Assembly (NCBI GenBank): GCA_964502225.1
Contig: CAZCUC010000002.1
Span: 9,092 to 73,091, forward strand
DNA length: 64,000 nt
Direction of reading: 5' to 3'
Source of the DNA: an uncultured Pseudomonadales bacterium
Lineage (GTDB): Bacteria; Patescibacteriota; Microgenomatia; UBA1400; UBA12108
Shown one piece after another: positions 10,254-19,414 of the stretch. Within the stretch, counting starts at the first letter, position 1. Every line of letters starts with the position of its first letter. Under the pieces are notes generated by a model. It worked only from the letters and a program-made list of their open reading frames with translations, did no database searches and had not been told where the DNA came from. A program made the position numbers and the translations under genes.

Positions 10254-10730
10254 TTAGGATAGGGTAGAGATATAGGCATCGAGAGCTTGAACAAAAAATC
10301 CACTGTCTGCGCCAAAGTCGAATGATTTAAGCTCCTCAGGTTTCACCCATTTATACTCAGTATGTTCGCTAGACAAGACTACCTCCCCCTCCTTCGCCAA
10401 GGCTTCGGAGGACATGCCTTCCCAATCTGTGCTGGCATAACAGGCACCAAAAACTGTATCTCCTTTAAAAAACCCTTCCCCCACCCCTATCCTGTTGGTA
10501 AAAAAGATGGGTCGGAGAGAATGAACGATCAAACCGGCTTCTTCCATAACCTCTCGCTTGATGGCATCGATGACGTCTTCTCCCTGCTCATATCCCCCAC
10601 CGGGCAAGTCCCAGTTGCCACCACGCGAGTGATCGTCCTGTGCTCTTTTGAGTGCCAAAATTTTTCCGTCTTTGCCCACCATGATACATTTTTGGATTAA
10701 ACGAACCTTGTTGAGGATTTTTGTTATCAT
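10254..10730 (-). CDS. NUDIX hydrolase
   Basis: WDLPGGGYEQGEDVIDAIKREVMEEAG Nudix box. Confidence 0.9.
   Translation of the reverse strand: MITKILNKVRLIQKCIMVGKDGKILALKRAQDDHSRGGNWDLPGGGYEQGEDVIDAIKREVMEEAGLIVHSLRPIFFTNRIGVGEGFFKGDTVFGACYASTDWEGMSSEALAKEGEVVLSSEHTEYKWVKPEELKSFDFGADSGFFVQALDAYISTLS
10388..10411. repeat. Small hairpin element inside the NUDIX gene (encodes part of SSEALAKEG)
   Basis: CCTCC-TTC-GCC-AA-GGC-TTC-GGAGG; same architecture as 60124-60154. Confidence 0.7.
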
Positions 10731-10754
10731 AAATACATTTTAGCACTGAAGACA

Positions 10755-10782
10755 TACTACGATAATTCGAATTATCGTAGTA
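10755..10782. repeat. Perfect 28-bp palindrome (family copy 1)
   Basis: TACTACGATAATTC|GAATTATCGTAGTA. Confidence 0.95.
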
Positions 10783-10799
10783 ATAACTCCCACCACTAT

Positions 10800-11351
10800 T
10801 TATAGTGCTCGACGAGGGAGTAAATAGGTAAATATGGCACAGGCTATAGCGACTACTCCCATAAAATAGAACATAGGGTTAAACCCGTACCAAGTAACTA
10901 TAAAGCCTCCAATTAAGGTGGCCAATGAGGCGAGCAAATTGGAAATAGTTTTCCAGACAGCATAATCACGAATATGACTTGACCGGTCAAGATGTTCTGC
11001 CATGATGGCATCAAACCCAGTACTACCAACTGCTTCGCCGAGTCCAATGATGATTTGCAGAAGAATAATAGTTGGTAGACTGTGAGCGTAGATAAAACCT
11101 ATCCAAGCAATCGCTCTAAATACAAAGCCGACTATTAGAAAGTACTCGTGCTCCTTGACGCGATCACCGTAGCGGATCAAGAAAAAATTGACTAGTGTGG
11201 TGGTGAGGAGCATGACGCTCCAGGTCCCACTGACGACCGCAATGCTCCCACCCAATCCTTCGATGAAAACTGCGTATAGTGGACCCAAAAGATTGCCAGC
11301 TAGAACAAAAATACTATTGACCGCGAGGAGGATTTTGAGAGATTTATTCAT
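10800..11351 (-). CDS. Half-size (about 6 TM) MFS-like protein
   Basis: 183 aa, about six hydrophobic segments, RYGDRV motif-A-like loop, Q...GLGEA, GG.I...YGF. Confidence 0.75.
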   Translation of the reverse strand: MNKSLKILLAVNSIFVLAGNLLGPLYAVFIEGLGGSIAVVSGTWSVMLLTTTLVNFFLIRYGDRVKEHEYFLIVGFVFRAIAWIGFIYAHSLPTIILLQIIIGLGEAVGSTGFDAIMAEHLDRSSHIRDYAVWKTISNLLASLATLIGGFIVTWYGFNPMFYFMGVVAIACAIFTYLLPRRAL

Positions 11352-11363
11352 GATTGTAAAACT

Positions 11364-12020
11364 CTAAATATTCGAGGAATTAGAGTTATTATTTTTTACG
11401 TCGATTATTTTGAATGAGTCGTCTTTGACTTCAACGTATTGAGTATCGGTGAGCATAATATATGGATAGTTTTCGTTATAACTGTTTGGAATTTTATATT
11501 CAAAACAATAATCTTTCTTTTTTACATCACCCCAATGAGGCATAACAACAAAATTGACTAGATTCAGCCCTTTCGTGCTCGCTAAATTGTACATATCAGC
11601 AGACTTACCAGGCCTATTAACAGATGATGTGTCGGGACCAGCAAGAATAGAGCCTGCACTAGTTCCTATATAAATTAATCCTTCCTCTACCTTTCTTTTA
11701 ACAAACTCAATGAAATTATTCTTTTGAGCTTCTTGCTGTAAGTAAAAAGGATTACCACCTTCAATGTACATAATGTCGTATTTATCCAAATCTAAAACTA
11801 TTTGCTCGGCCGACTTGCCCGCAATATCGTACATGTCAAAAACAAAGCCTGATTCCTCCATTTTTGACTTGTTCAGTTTGTGCCAATCAAGATTTGAATG
11901 TACTTGATCACGAATAGTCGTGTCGATAAATACGGCTTTCAGCTTAACCTCATCCCCAAGTGTTTCGGCGATCTTATCGGCAACGTGCTGTACCTGTGAA
12001 GTCAAAAAAAGTCTTTTCAT
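11364..12020 (-). CDS. Peptidase E (S51) family protein
   Basis: GGNPFYL, YIGTSAGS and PHW motifs. Confidence 0.88.
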   Translation of the reverse strand: MKRLFLTSQVQHVADKIAETLGDEVKLKAVFIDTTIRDQVHSNLDWHKLNKSKMEESGFVFDMYDIAGKSAEQIVLDLDKYDIMYIEGGNPFYLQQEAQKNNFIEFVKRKVEEGLIYIGTSAGSILAGPDTSSVNRPGKSADMYNLASTKGLNLVNFVVMPHWGDVKKKDYCFEYKIPNSYNENYPYIMLTDTQYVEVKDDSFKIIDVKNNNSNSSNI

Positions 12021-12661
12021 TTCTCTCTCCTGACATCGACAATTTTAAATTGGATGCCTACTACCTCAACATATTGGTCGTTGTTTAGAGTGATCAGTGG
12101 AGTCCTCTCTTTATACATCGGCTCAAGATTATTTGTGAGATATGATTTTTTGAAAATATCACTACCCCAATGTGGAAGTACACAGAAATTCACTAAGTTG
12201 TAGCCAGCATACCCATTCAATTCAGGGGCAAGCCTGACATCGTCGATACCTAAAATTGGTTCTAAATCTGGCCCTGCGATAACTGACCCTGCACTACTAC
12301 CGATGTAAGGTAGTCCATTTTCTACTTTTTCCTGGATGATTTTGATAAAGCCTGTTTTTTGAGATTCTTGGAGTAAGTAAAAGGTGTTTCCTCCTGACAT
12401 AAAAATAACGTCTATAGAGGCTAAAGCATCACTTAGCTGCTTTTCAGATTTACCACTGACTGAAAATTCAATAACATCAAATCCTGCACTCCTGAGTCCA
12501 TTCATATCATCTTCATACCATGAGAGATCTTGTCGCACCTTGTCTTCTGTGGCAGTTTTTATGCATAGTGTTTTAAGTGGAGAAGACTTTCCGATTTTCT
12601 TAAATATATCCTGGGTGACTGTGCGATTTTCAATACTGCTGGCCAGGAAAAGATGCTTCAT
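12017..12661 (-). CDS. Peptidase E (S51) family protein
   Basis: GGNTFYL, YIGSSAGS and PHW motifs. Confidence 0.88.
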   Translation of the reverse strand: MKHLFLASSIENRTVTQDIFKKIGKSSPLKTLCIKTATEDKVRQDLSWYEDDMNGLRSAGFDVIEFSVSGKSEKQLSDALASIDVIFMSGGNTFYLLQESQKTGFIKIIQEKVENGLPYIGSSAGSVIAGPDLEPILGIDDVRLAPELNGYAGYNLVNFCVLPHWGSDIFKKSYLTNNLEPMYKERTPLITLNNDQYVEVVGIQFKIVDVRREK

Positions 12662-12972
12662 TTATCCTTTTTTTCCTTGGGTTTGTCGATTTTATCCAAG
12701 CCTAAACCATGAACACCAAAATAAACAACGGCGGCGATGACGGCAAAATCGATTAGGACCGAAACAAAGTGGCCCCACATGACTTGCTTGCCGGCGAGCC
12801 AAAAGGAAGCGTCGGCTAAATTGGCGGTAAAACCAAGCAGGATGCCAACAAGTGGATTGACGATGTCGGTCACGAGAGAGGAGACCACTTTGGAGATGGC
12901 GCCACCCAAGATAAACCCAACTGCCAACCCCATTACTCCCTGCTCGCGAATAAAGTTTAAGAAGCCTTTCAT
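12658..12972 (-). CDS. mscL: Large-conductance mechanosensitive channel
   Basis: F..FI....V.GLAVGFILGGA.SKVVSSLVTDI.NP and G.F....IDF. Confidence 0.92.
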   Translation of the reverse strand: MKGFLNFIREQGVMGLAVGFILGGAISKVVSSLVTDIVNPLVGILLGFTANLADASFWLAGKQVMWGHFVSVLIDFAVIAAVVYFGVHGLGLDKIDKPKEKKDK

Positions 12973-13125
12973 GACATGATCTTAGCACTATTGACACATA
13001 AAGGCTAAATATGTGCTATACTACGACCTAGTTATTTATGTGTACATGCTTTTCCCAACGATAGTGAATTTTTTCCTGTTTGTTTGAGTGATCAGTGATG
13101 GCACGCGTTTATGGAGGTGCCGCAC

Positions 13126-13491
13126 ATGGCAACCAAATTATTTGTCGGAAGTTTAGCCTGGGCTACAACTGACGATTCATTATCAGCTTTATTCTCCCAG
13201 GTAGGTACTGTCGTCAGTGCTCGCGTCATCACTGACCGTGCAACTGGTCGCTCCAAAGGCTTCGGCTTTGTGGAGATGAGTACAGAAGAAGAAGCCCAAA
13301 AGGCTGTCGCTGAGCTCAACGGCAAAGACCTAGATGGTCGCACAATCGTTGTCAACGAAGCACGCCCAATGGAACCTCGCGACAACAGTCGTGGTGGTGG
13401 ATTTGGCGGAGGCCGCCCACAAGGTGGTTCTTCTTATGGTGGTGGCCGCGACAATCGTGGTGGCTCCTCATATGGCCGTTCCAGTTACTAA
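13126..13491 (+). CDS. RRM RNA-binding protein with Gly-rich tail
   Basis: RNP2 KLFVGSL and RNP1 KGFGFVEM; GGAGGTG SD. Confidence 0.95.
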   Translation: MATKLFVGSLAWATTDDSLSALFSQVGTVVSARVITDRATGRSKGFGFVEMSTEEEAQKAVAELNGKDLDGRTIVVNEARPMEPRDNSRGGGFGGGRPQGGSSYGGGRDNRGGSSYGRSSY

Positions 13492-13526
13492 TTTTAGATT
13501 TAAGTTATTAGATTTAAGATATAAGA
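13492..13526. repeat. Degenerate 7-mer tandem repeat (5 units)
   Basis: TTTTAGA TTTAAGT TATTAGA TTTAAGA TATAAGA. Confidence 0.7.
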
Positions 13527-13553
13527 AAAACCCCGTCGCAAGGCGGGGTTTTT
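13526..13553. terminator. Bidirectional intrinsic terminator
   Basis: AAAAA-CCCCGTC-GCAA-GGCGGGG-TTTTT between convergent genes. Confidence 0.9.
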
Positions 13554-13564
13554 GCTGGGAGAAG

Positions 13565-14842
13565 CTATACGAATAGAAGCATATAGACGGTACCAAGTGC
13601 GGCACCCGCCATAACTATGAAAGTAACCCAAATTAGGGTGCGGGAGAAAATACCACTTTTGTATTTGCCCATGATCGCTTTGTCGCTACTGATTTTGGCG
13701 ATCAAGTAAATAAGTGGTACTGCCACAAACCCATTAATTACTCCCGCATAGACTAGAGCTTTAATGGGGTCTATACCTATATAGTTAATCCCCAGGCCGA
13801 CTAAAGTAGCAATTGTCATGGTCAAGTAAAAGCCGTGAGCTTGTTTAAACTTGAGATTGAGCCCATCACGAAAACCTACTGCTTCAGAGACTGCGTAGGC
13901 GGCTGATCCGGCAAGAACGGGAATAGCCAAGAGACCCAAGCCAACTACGCCCGTCGTAAAGATAAGTTTGGCGAGGTATCCAGCGTTGGGGAAACCGGCA
14001 ACAAGTGGCTCTAGAGCGGCGGCGGCATCAGCGGCAGTTTGGATATCAACGATCCCATGTGAGTGCAAGACAGTAGCGGCCACAATAATGATCGACCAAG
14101 TACCTAGCTCGGCAAAAATCATGCCGAAAATAGTATCAAAGCGAATGTTTTTGACAAACCTGGCAGTCAAGTGCGGGATGCCATATTTAATCATTTTTTG
14201 TGATCGCTCCTCCTCTACTTCCTCGGATGCCTGCCAGAAGAATAAGTATGGTGAAATGGTGGTACCCAAAATCCCTGTAAACAACAGAAAAAATGGTAGC
14301 GTAAACTCAAAATGTGGGGTGATGCTAGCGGGGAGAATGGTTGACCAGGGAGCATTGATGATAAAAAGTGTTAGTGGGTATGCGAGGAGCGAGAGAGCGA
14401 GCCATTTAAGGATTTTGGAATAGACGCGATAGGATGTAAAAATCTCCAGTAACAGGATTGAAATAGTGATAACAACGGTAAGTGGCATAAAGGGAAAAGG
14501 AGTAACGAGCTGGAGTGCAGAGGCCATGGCACCAATGTCCGCCCCGATATTGATGGTGTTGGCGATAAGGACCGCAAAAACCATAACAACTAGAATACGC
14601 TTGGAGTAATGACGCTTGACTGCGCCCGAGATCCCACGTCCTGTAACCGCTCCAATCCTGGCGCAGGCCTCCTGAACTGAGATTAGAAAAGGCAACATGT
14701 ATAGAGCGGTCCAGAGCTGAGTAAAACCAAACTGGGCTCCTGACTGACTATAGGTAGCAATCCCAGATGGGTCGTCGTCGGCAGAGCCACTAATTATCCC
14801 AGGGCCGACTGTTTTGAGAAACTTCTTTATATTCTTTAACAT
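13565..14842 (-). CDS. NRAMP-family divalent metal transporter
   Basis: GPGIISGSADDDPSGIATYSQSGA and GTTISPYLFFWQ. Confidence 0.9.
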   Translation of the reverse strand: MLKNIKKFLKTVGPGIISGSADDDPSGIATYSQSGAQFGFTQLWTALYMLPFLISVQEACARIGAVTGRGISGAVKRHYSKRILVVMVFAVLIANTINIGADIGAMASALQLVTPFPFMPLTVVITISILLLEIFTSYRVYSKILKWLALSLLAYPLTLFIINAPWSTILPASITPHFEFTLPFFLLFTGILGTTISPYLFFWQASEEVEEERSQKMIKYGIPHLTARFVKNIRFDTIFGMIFAELGTWSIIIVAATVLHSHGIVDIQTAADAAAALEPLVAGFPNAGYLAKLIFTTGVVGLGLLAIPVLAGSAAYAVSEAVGFRDGLNLKFKQAHGFYLTMTIATLVGLGINYIGIDPIKALVYAGVINGFVAVPLIYLIAKISSDKAIMGKYKSGIFSRTLIWVTFIVMAGAALGTVYMLLFV

Positions 14843-14879
14843 GTTTCCATTGTGCTACAAAATAGACTATATTGTAAGC

Positions 14880-15440
14880 ATGACCAACTCACCAAAATAT
14901 AGAATCGATGTTTTGATCAGTGAAGAAGAGATTGGGATGATCGTAGCTGGGTTGGCAAAGCAAATATATCGCGATTTCCAGTCTGAAGAAGTTGTGCTCG
15001 TAGGAGTGCTGGATGGATCGTTCGCTTTCTTAAATGATTTATCTAGAGAGCTACATAAGTTGGGTATGAAAAATCTGATTATTGATTTTATGGGGATGGA
15101 TACCTATGGTGACTCTGAGCAGTCTTCGGGAGAACCAAAAATTACTAAAGATTTAAAGCATGATATCCGCAACAAAAATGTCATTGTGGTCGAAGACATT
15201 GTAGATACTGGCTTTAGTCTGTCGATACTTCAAGCGATGCTAAAGGCTAGGCAACCGAGCAAATTGGTCTCGGTAGCAATGCTATCAAAAGATGAGCGGA
15301 GGGAGGTCGAAGTCACGGTCGATTATATCGGTAAGCATATCCCCAACAAGTTTGTGATCGGATATGGGATGGATTACGATGGCAAGTATCACCGCGAACT
15401 CCCATACATAGGCACTGTTAGTTTTGAAGAAACGAATTGA
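14880..15440 (+). CDS. hpt: Hypoxanthine phosphoribosyltransferase
   Basis: VIVVEDIVDTG PRPP loop and FVIGYGMDY....RELPYI. Confidence 0.93.
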   Translation: MTNSPKYRIDVLISEEEIGMIVAGLAKQIYRDFQSEEVVLVGVLDGSFAFLNDLSRELHKLGMKNLIIDFMGMDTYGDSEQSSGEPKITKDLKHDIRNKNVIVVEDIVDTGFSLSILQAMLKARQPSKLVSVAMLSKDERREVEVTVDYIGKHIPNKFVIGYGMDYDGKYHRELPYIGTVSFEETN

Positions 15441-15993
15441 TATTTTCGATATCTTGGTCGTGTTTGGTGAGGACTGCGTCGCTCTTGCGTTTACGGAGGA
15501 TATCGGCCAAGTGGGCTGATTGATCCTGGACCTCGACCTCAAGATCACCCAGTTTACCTGCAACTGGTCCAGGGAAGTCTATGGGTGAGTTGGTTATGAT
15601 ATTACCATCTAGCTTGACCACTTTGTTGAGATTGACGTATGGATCTTCGGCTGTTTGGACGTAGTAAAAATTACCATGAAAAATAGTACTCTTTACTTTG
15701 ATATCTATCAAAAACTCTTCGTCTTTGGCGATGATCTCAATATTGTTTATTTCGCTCTTGAGATGATCCGACACTTTGGCTAGTGCTTGAGCGCGCGGCT
15801 TGAGACCATAAACCACGAGATCAATATCGCCATGATTTCGCGTAATAGTTTGCAAGTAGCCGTCTAGTCCGTAGCCACCATAGACTACGAGACGCCATCC
15901 CTCTGCCTGACACCATACATGAAACGCCTCGATAAATTTTAGGTGGTTTTTAAGCTTGATTTGATCAATATTTGATTTAATAATCATTTTCAT
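15418..15993 (-). CDS. Nucleotidyltransferase of the Lnu/ANT(2'')-like type
   Basis: GGYGLDGYL..ITRNHGDIDL N-terminal motif; KHDQDI near the C-terminus. Confidence 0.7.
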   Translation of the reverse strand: MKMIIKSNIDQIKLKNHLKFIEAFHVWCQAEGWRLVVYGGYGLDGYLQTITRNHGDIDLVVYGLKPRAQALAKVSDHLKSEINNIEIIAKDEEFLIDIKVKSTIFHGNFYYVQTAEDPYVNLNKVVKLDGNIITNSPIDFPGPVAGKLGDLEVEVQDQSAHLADILRKRKSDAVLTKHDQDIENINSFLQN

Positions 15994-16799
15994 TTTGTTA
16001 TCTTCTTGTAATTCTTCTCTGAAATAATCGGTCTACCTAGTTTTTGCTCAATCTTCACCCTCGCTTCGCCGGCGATACTACCACCGATATTAGCGTCTTG
16101 CGCGAGTTTCTTTAATCCTTGTGAATCTTCGTTTTTGTGAATCTCGGTGGTGGTTTTTTCTCCCAGCATGGTGAAGATGAGTTCAAAGTCGTTCATGTGG
16201 TCACGAAGGTTTTCTCGCTTTAGCCCTTTTAGTTTTTTATAACTGCTTGGTGTTAGACCAAACGTGGCCTTACTGATTTCAGCAGTTAAAATCTCATAAT
16301 CCCGGCGTTCTCTAGCTCCCCTCATTTGCCACTCTTCTGTTAACTCTTCGCGAATAGCAATACCTCTCATCCTCTTTTCGATCCAGTCGTCGGGGTAACC
16401 CTTGGCTCTATAGAGCATGCGAGTACGCTTTGTGGCTAGCTCGGGATCCTCAATTTCCTGGATCCGATCATAGCCGACTTTGGCGAGCCAGCGTTTGAGT
16501 GGTTCTGCCTTGGGGGATGGGATGGACTGAACAATGCGGAAAATACCCTCAGTATTTGCACAATCAGTTAAATACTTTTTACCATCACTTGATTCCAATT
16601 TCAGTTGTCGACAAATTGTCGATAACTGAAACCCATCCTCACTTTTTACTCTCATTTTCATTCGGTACCAATAATCTTTGGAATCTTCACTTTCTGTTAA
16701 GACAGAAATAATATCCACCACCGAAAACCACCACTGCCCATTTTGAAGAACCCTACGGATCTGTTTGTGCTTGAATAATACTATTTTCGTTGGTTCCAT
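15990..16799 (-). CDS. BRO-N domain protein (DinD/antirepressor-like)
   Basis: IRR.....WWFSVVDI...L, IVQSIPSPKAEP.K.WLA.VG and LRDHM..ELIF. Confidence 0.85.
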   Translation of the reverse strand: MEPTKIVLFKHKQIRRVLQNGQWWFSVVDIISVLTESEDSKDYWYRMKMRVKSEDGFQLSTICRQLKLESSDGKKYLTDCANTEGIFRIVQSIPSPKAEPLKRWLAKVGYDRIQEIEDPELATKRTRMLYRAKGYPDDWIEKRMRGIAIREELTEEWQMRGARERRDYEILTAEISKATFGLTPSSYKKLKGLKRENLRDHMNDFELIFTMLGEKTTTEIHKNEDSQGLKKLAQDANIGGSIAGEARVKIEQKLGRPIISEKNYKKITK

Positions 16800-16813
16800 A
16801 GTTATAGTATTAA

Positions 16814-16835
16814 CCAAATACTACCCGAAGTCAAC
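16814..16835 (-). promoter_or_regulatory. -35 box plus direct-repeat operator candidate (shared with 58466-58488)
   Basis: Minus strand GTTGAC-TTCGG-GTAGTA-TTTGG, ending 14 nt before the ATG. Confidence 0.55.
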
Positions 16836-17391
16836 TATATTTTTTGATTACCTCTAAAATCTCTGGGAAGGTCTTGTTGAGCGGGTTTTGATCGGTCATG
16901 TAGTGGCCACGATCGGATAATTCATAATATTCGCTGTCCAACTGCTCATGAATCAGGTGAGGAACGGCGATCGGGATATAGGGATCATCGGTCGAGGCAA
17001 ACTGGACTATCCAACCTGCGTTGGCTTTGATTTTGTCCCACTGCCAAGGAGAGTCGTAGTAACCACTATCTTTCTCATCTTCAAATCCTAAGTCTGTATG
17101 CATCACCCCAATGATAATGACACCTCGTAGTTTGTGAGTTTCGAGATATCGAAGCGCCGCCACACCACCTGATGAATGACCAATGATAATTGCGTTTGCG
17201 TCGGCTTTAACAGTATTTTCGATATGCGGGAGCCAAATATTTGCGTGAGCGGCCACGGGATCGGGCATGTCCTCGGCTATTACTTCGTATCCCCTACCCC
17301 TGAGCTCATCACGCACCCACGCATACCAATGATCGGTTGCAATATGCGATCCGCCATTGCCGGGAATGATAATAATTTTTGGTTTAGTCAT
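16831..17391 (-). CDS. RBBP9/YdeN-family alpha/beta hydrolase
   Basis: PGNGG, WY.W, GHSSG, S.DDPYI and GH motifs. Confidence 0.9.
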   Translation of the reverse strand: MTKPKIIIIPGNGGSHIATDHWYAWVRDELRGRGYEVIAEDMPDPVAAHANIWLPHIENTVKADANAIIIGHSSGGVAALRYLETHKLRGVIIIGVMHTDLGFEDEKDSGYYDSPWQWDKIKANAGWIVQFASTDDPYIPIAVPHLIHEQLDSEYYELSDRGHYMTDQNPLNKTFPEILEVIKKYS

Positions 17392-17392
17392 G

Positions 17393-18763
17393 TTATTTCT
17401 CCTGAGCTATGACTTTTACCTGTGTCACGTCCTCAAAGCCATACTTGCCGTGCTCACGACCTAGACCAGATTGCTTGTAACCACCAAATGGATCGTACGG
17501 CTTGATATAGCTCAAGTTGTTTTGACTGACCATGCCAGATTGTAACTGGGCAGATACCCTAGACATCAGTTCTTTGTCTGTCGTAAAGACAAAGGCTCCA
17601 AGTCCATACTTGGTATCGTTGGCGAGCTCGATGGCTTCCTGTACAGTCTCAAAGCTGACAACGGGCAGAACTGGACCAAAGACTTCTTCTGTCCAAACCT
17701 TCATATCTTTGGTGACACCAGTAAGGAGCGTTGGCTCGTAATATGCCCCGTCGAATCCTGTCGGTCGTTTACCTCCAGTTAAAATAGTTGCACCTTTAGC
17801 GCGAGCGTCTTCTACTTGGATTTCAAGTGCTTGGACTTGGCGCTCTGCAACAAGTGGTCCGAGCTCGGTTGCTGGATCTATAGCCTGACCTATTTGTTTA
17901 GCATTAATTTTTTCGGTTAATAGCTTGATGACTTCGTCATAGCGAGACTTGTGGACGATGAGGCGTTTGAGCCCATCACACATTTGACCGCAACCCATAA
18001 AGCGGTTGCCATATATCGTATCGATTACTCCGGTAAGATCAACATCTTCAAAGATAATTCCAGGGGCTGATCCACCCATTTCCATGACGGCCGGGATGAA
18101 CTTTTCGGCGGCCACGGTGTACAAATACTTACCAGTTTTTGTACTACCAGTAAAACACAACATATCAATATCTGCATGGGCTAATTGATCACCGACTTTG
18201 CCGTCGCCATACACAAAACTCAGTACTCCGGCGGGTATTTTGGCTTCAACTGCAAGCTCTTCCAGTTTTTTCTCAAATAGAGGTACTTCTTCTGAGTGCT
18301 TGAGGATAACCACGTTCCCGGCGACGAGGCTTTGACCACATTGCCAGACGAAATTGGCGAGCGGATAATTCCAGGGAATGATGGAAGCGACCAAGCCACG
18401 AGGCTCCCTATACACCCGGTGAATCTCTTTATCGTTTTCAAAAGTGGTATAGGGAGAGAGATGTTCGATCGCGTGATCACTGTACCAGCGCAAATAATCA
18501 ATACTACCCTCGATGTCCCCTACCGCCTCACTAATTATCATACCCATTTCAGTAGACTGTAGCTCTGCCAGTTCTTGTTTATTTTTTTCGAGTAAATCAT
18601 AAAAATTGCGCAAGATTTTATTGCGACCTTCTATGCCTAGCTCTCGCCAGGATTGTTGTGCTTTGCGTGCAGATTTTACTTTGGCATCGATTTCTTCTTT
18701 TGTAGACATCTCTACCTCACCAAGTACTGCATTGGTTGAAGGATTAATTGATACTAGTTTCAT
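17393..18763 (-). CDS. Aldehyde dehydrogenase family protein
   Basis: PWNYP, FTGST, MEMGG, GQMC, EEVFGPV and PFGG.KQSG.GRE. Confidence 0.95.
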   Translation of the reverse strand: MKLVSINPSTNAVLGEVEMSTKEEIDAKVKSARKAQQSWRELGIEGRNKILRNFYDLLEKNKQELAELQSTEMGMIISEAVGDIEGSIDYLRWYSDHAIEHLSPYTTFENDKEIHRVYREPRGLVASIIPWNYPLANFVWQCGQSLVAGNVVILKHSEEVPLFEKKLEELAVEAKIPAGVLSFVYGDGKVGDQLAHADIDMLCFTGSTKTGKYLYTVAAEKFIPAVMEMGGSAPGIIFEDVDLTGVIDTIYGNRFMGCGQMCDGLKRLIVHKSRYDEVIKLLTEKINAKQIGQAIDPATELGPLVAERQVQALEIQVEDARAKGATILTGGKRPTGFDGAYYEPTLLTGVTKDMKVWTEEVFGPVLPVVSFETVQEAIELANDTKYGLGAFVFTTDKELMSRVSAQLQSGMVSQNNLSYIKPYDPFGGYKQSGLGREHGKYGFEDVTQVKVIAQEK

Positions 18764-19413
18764 AACACCTCCTTGATAAATTGAGCTAGAGCGCGACCGA
18801 GTAAACGATTATTTTCGGCGTCCAAGTGGATTCCATCAACCTGCGAGACAGTCACAACTTTCGAGGCATCGAAAGTGAGTACCTTGTTGTCATCGGCTAG
18901 TTGTTTGATCAGTTTTTGCATTGACAAAATTTTTTCTCCACTCCCGCTAAAGATATTTTTAAATGCTTTGTCGGAGGCAGGCTCGTCGATAGCTGGCGGA
19001 ATCACGAGAGCGATCCGAGGCTTGGGAAAGCCGAGGTGTTTGGCCCACCAAGACACACCACGAATATATTTGATAAGCGGGGAGATTAATTCTTCGGGCG
19101 AAGATTTGCGCGAGCTATTTACATCGTTGGTGCCAAGGAAGATGATGACAAGATCGAGTGGCAAATGGCTACCGATAATGCCGTCAAATTGCGTTAGTCC
19201 ATCGCGATGTGGGAAGAAGCCGTTTTCACCAGAAATAGTACGACCGCGTAACCCCTCTTCGATAATTTCATATTCACTACCTAAATAACTTTGGGTAACT
19301 CCCGTGAAACGGGTGGCAGGATCAAAGCGAAGGCCGCCGGGGATCTTGCCAAATGTATAGGAATCACCGTAGATGAGGATGCGTTTGGCTGAGACGTTGG
19401 TATTCATGGCCAA
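18760..19413 (-). CDS. SGNH/GDSL hydrolase
   Basis: GDSYT, EEGLRGRT, GTND and DGIH blocks. Confidence 0.92.
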   Translation of the reverse strand: MAMNTNVSAKRILIYGDSYTFGKIPGGLRFDPATRFTGVTQSYLGSEYEIIEEGLRGRTISGENGFFPHRDGLTQFDGIIGSHLPLDLVIIFLGTNDVNSSRKSSPEELISPLIKYIRGVSWWAKHLGFPKPRIALVIPPAIDEPASDKAFKNIFSGSGEKILSMQKLIKQLADDNKVLTFDASKVVTVSQVDGIHLDAENNRLLGRALAQFIKEVL

Positions 19414-19414
19414 A

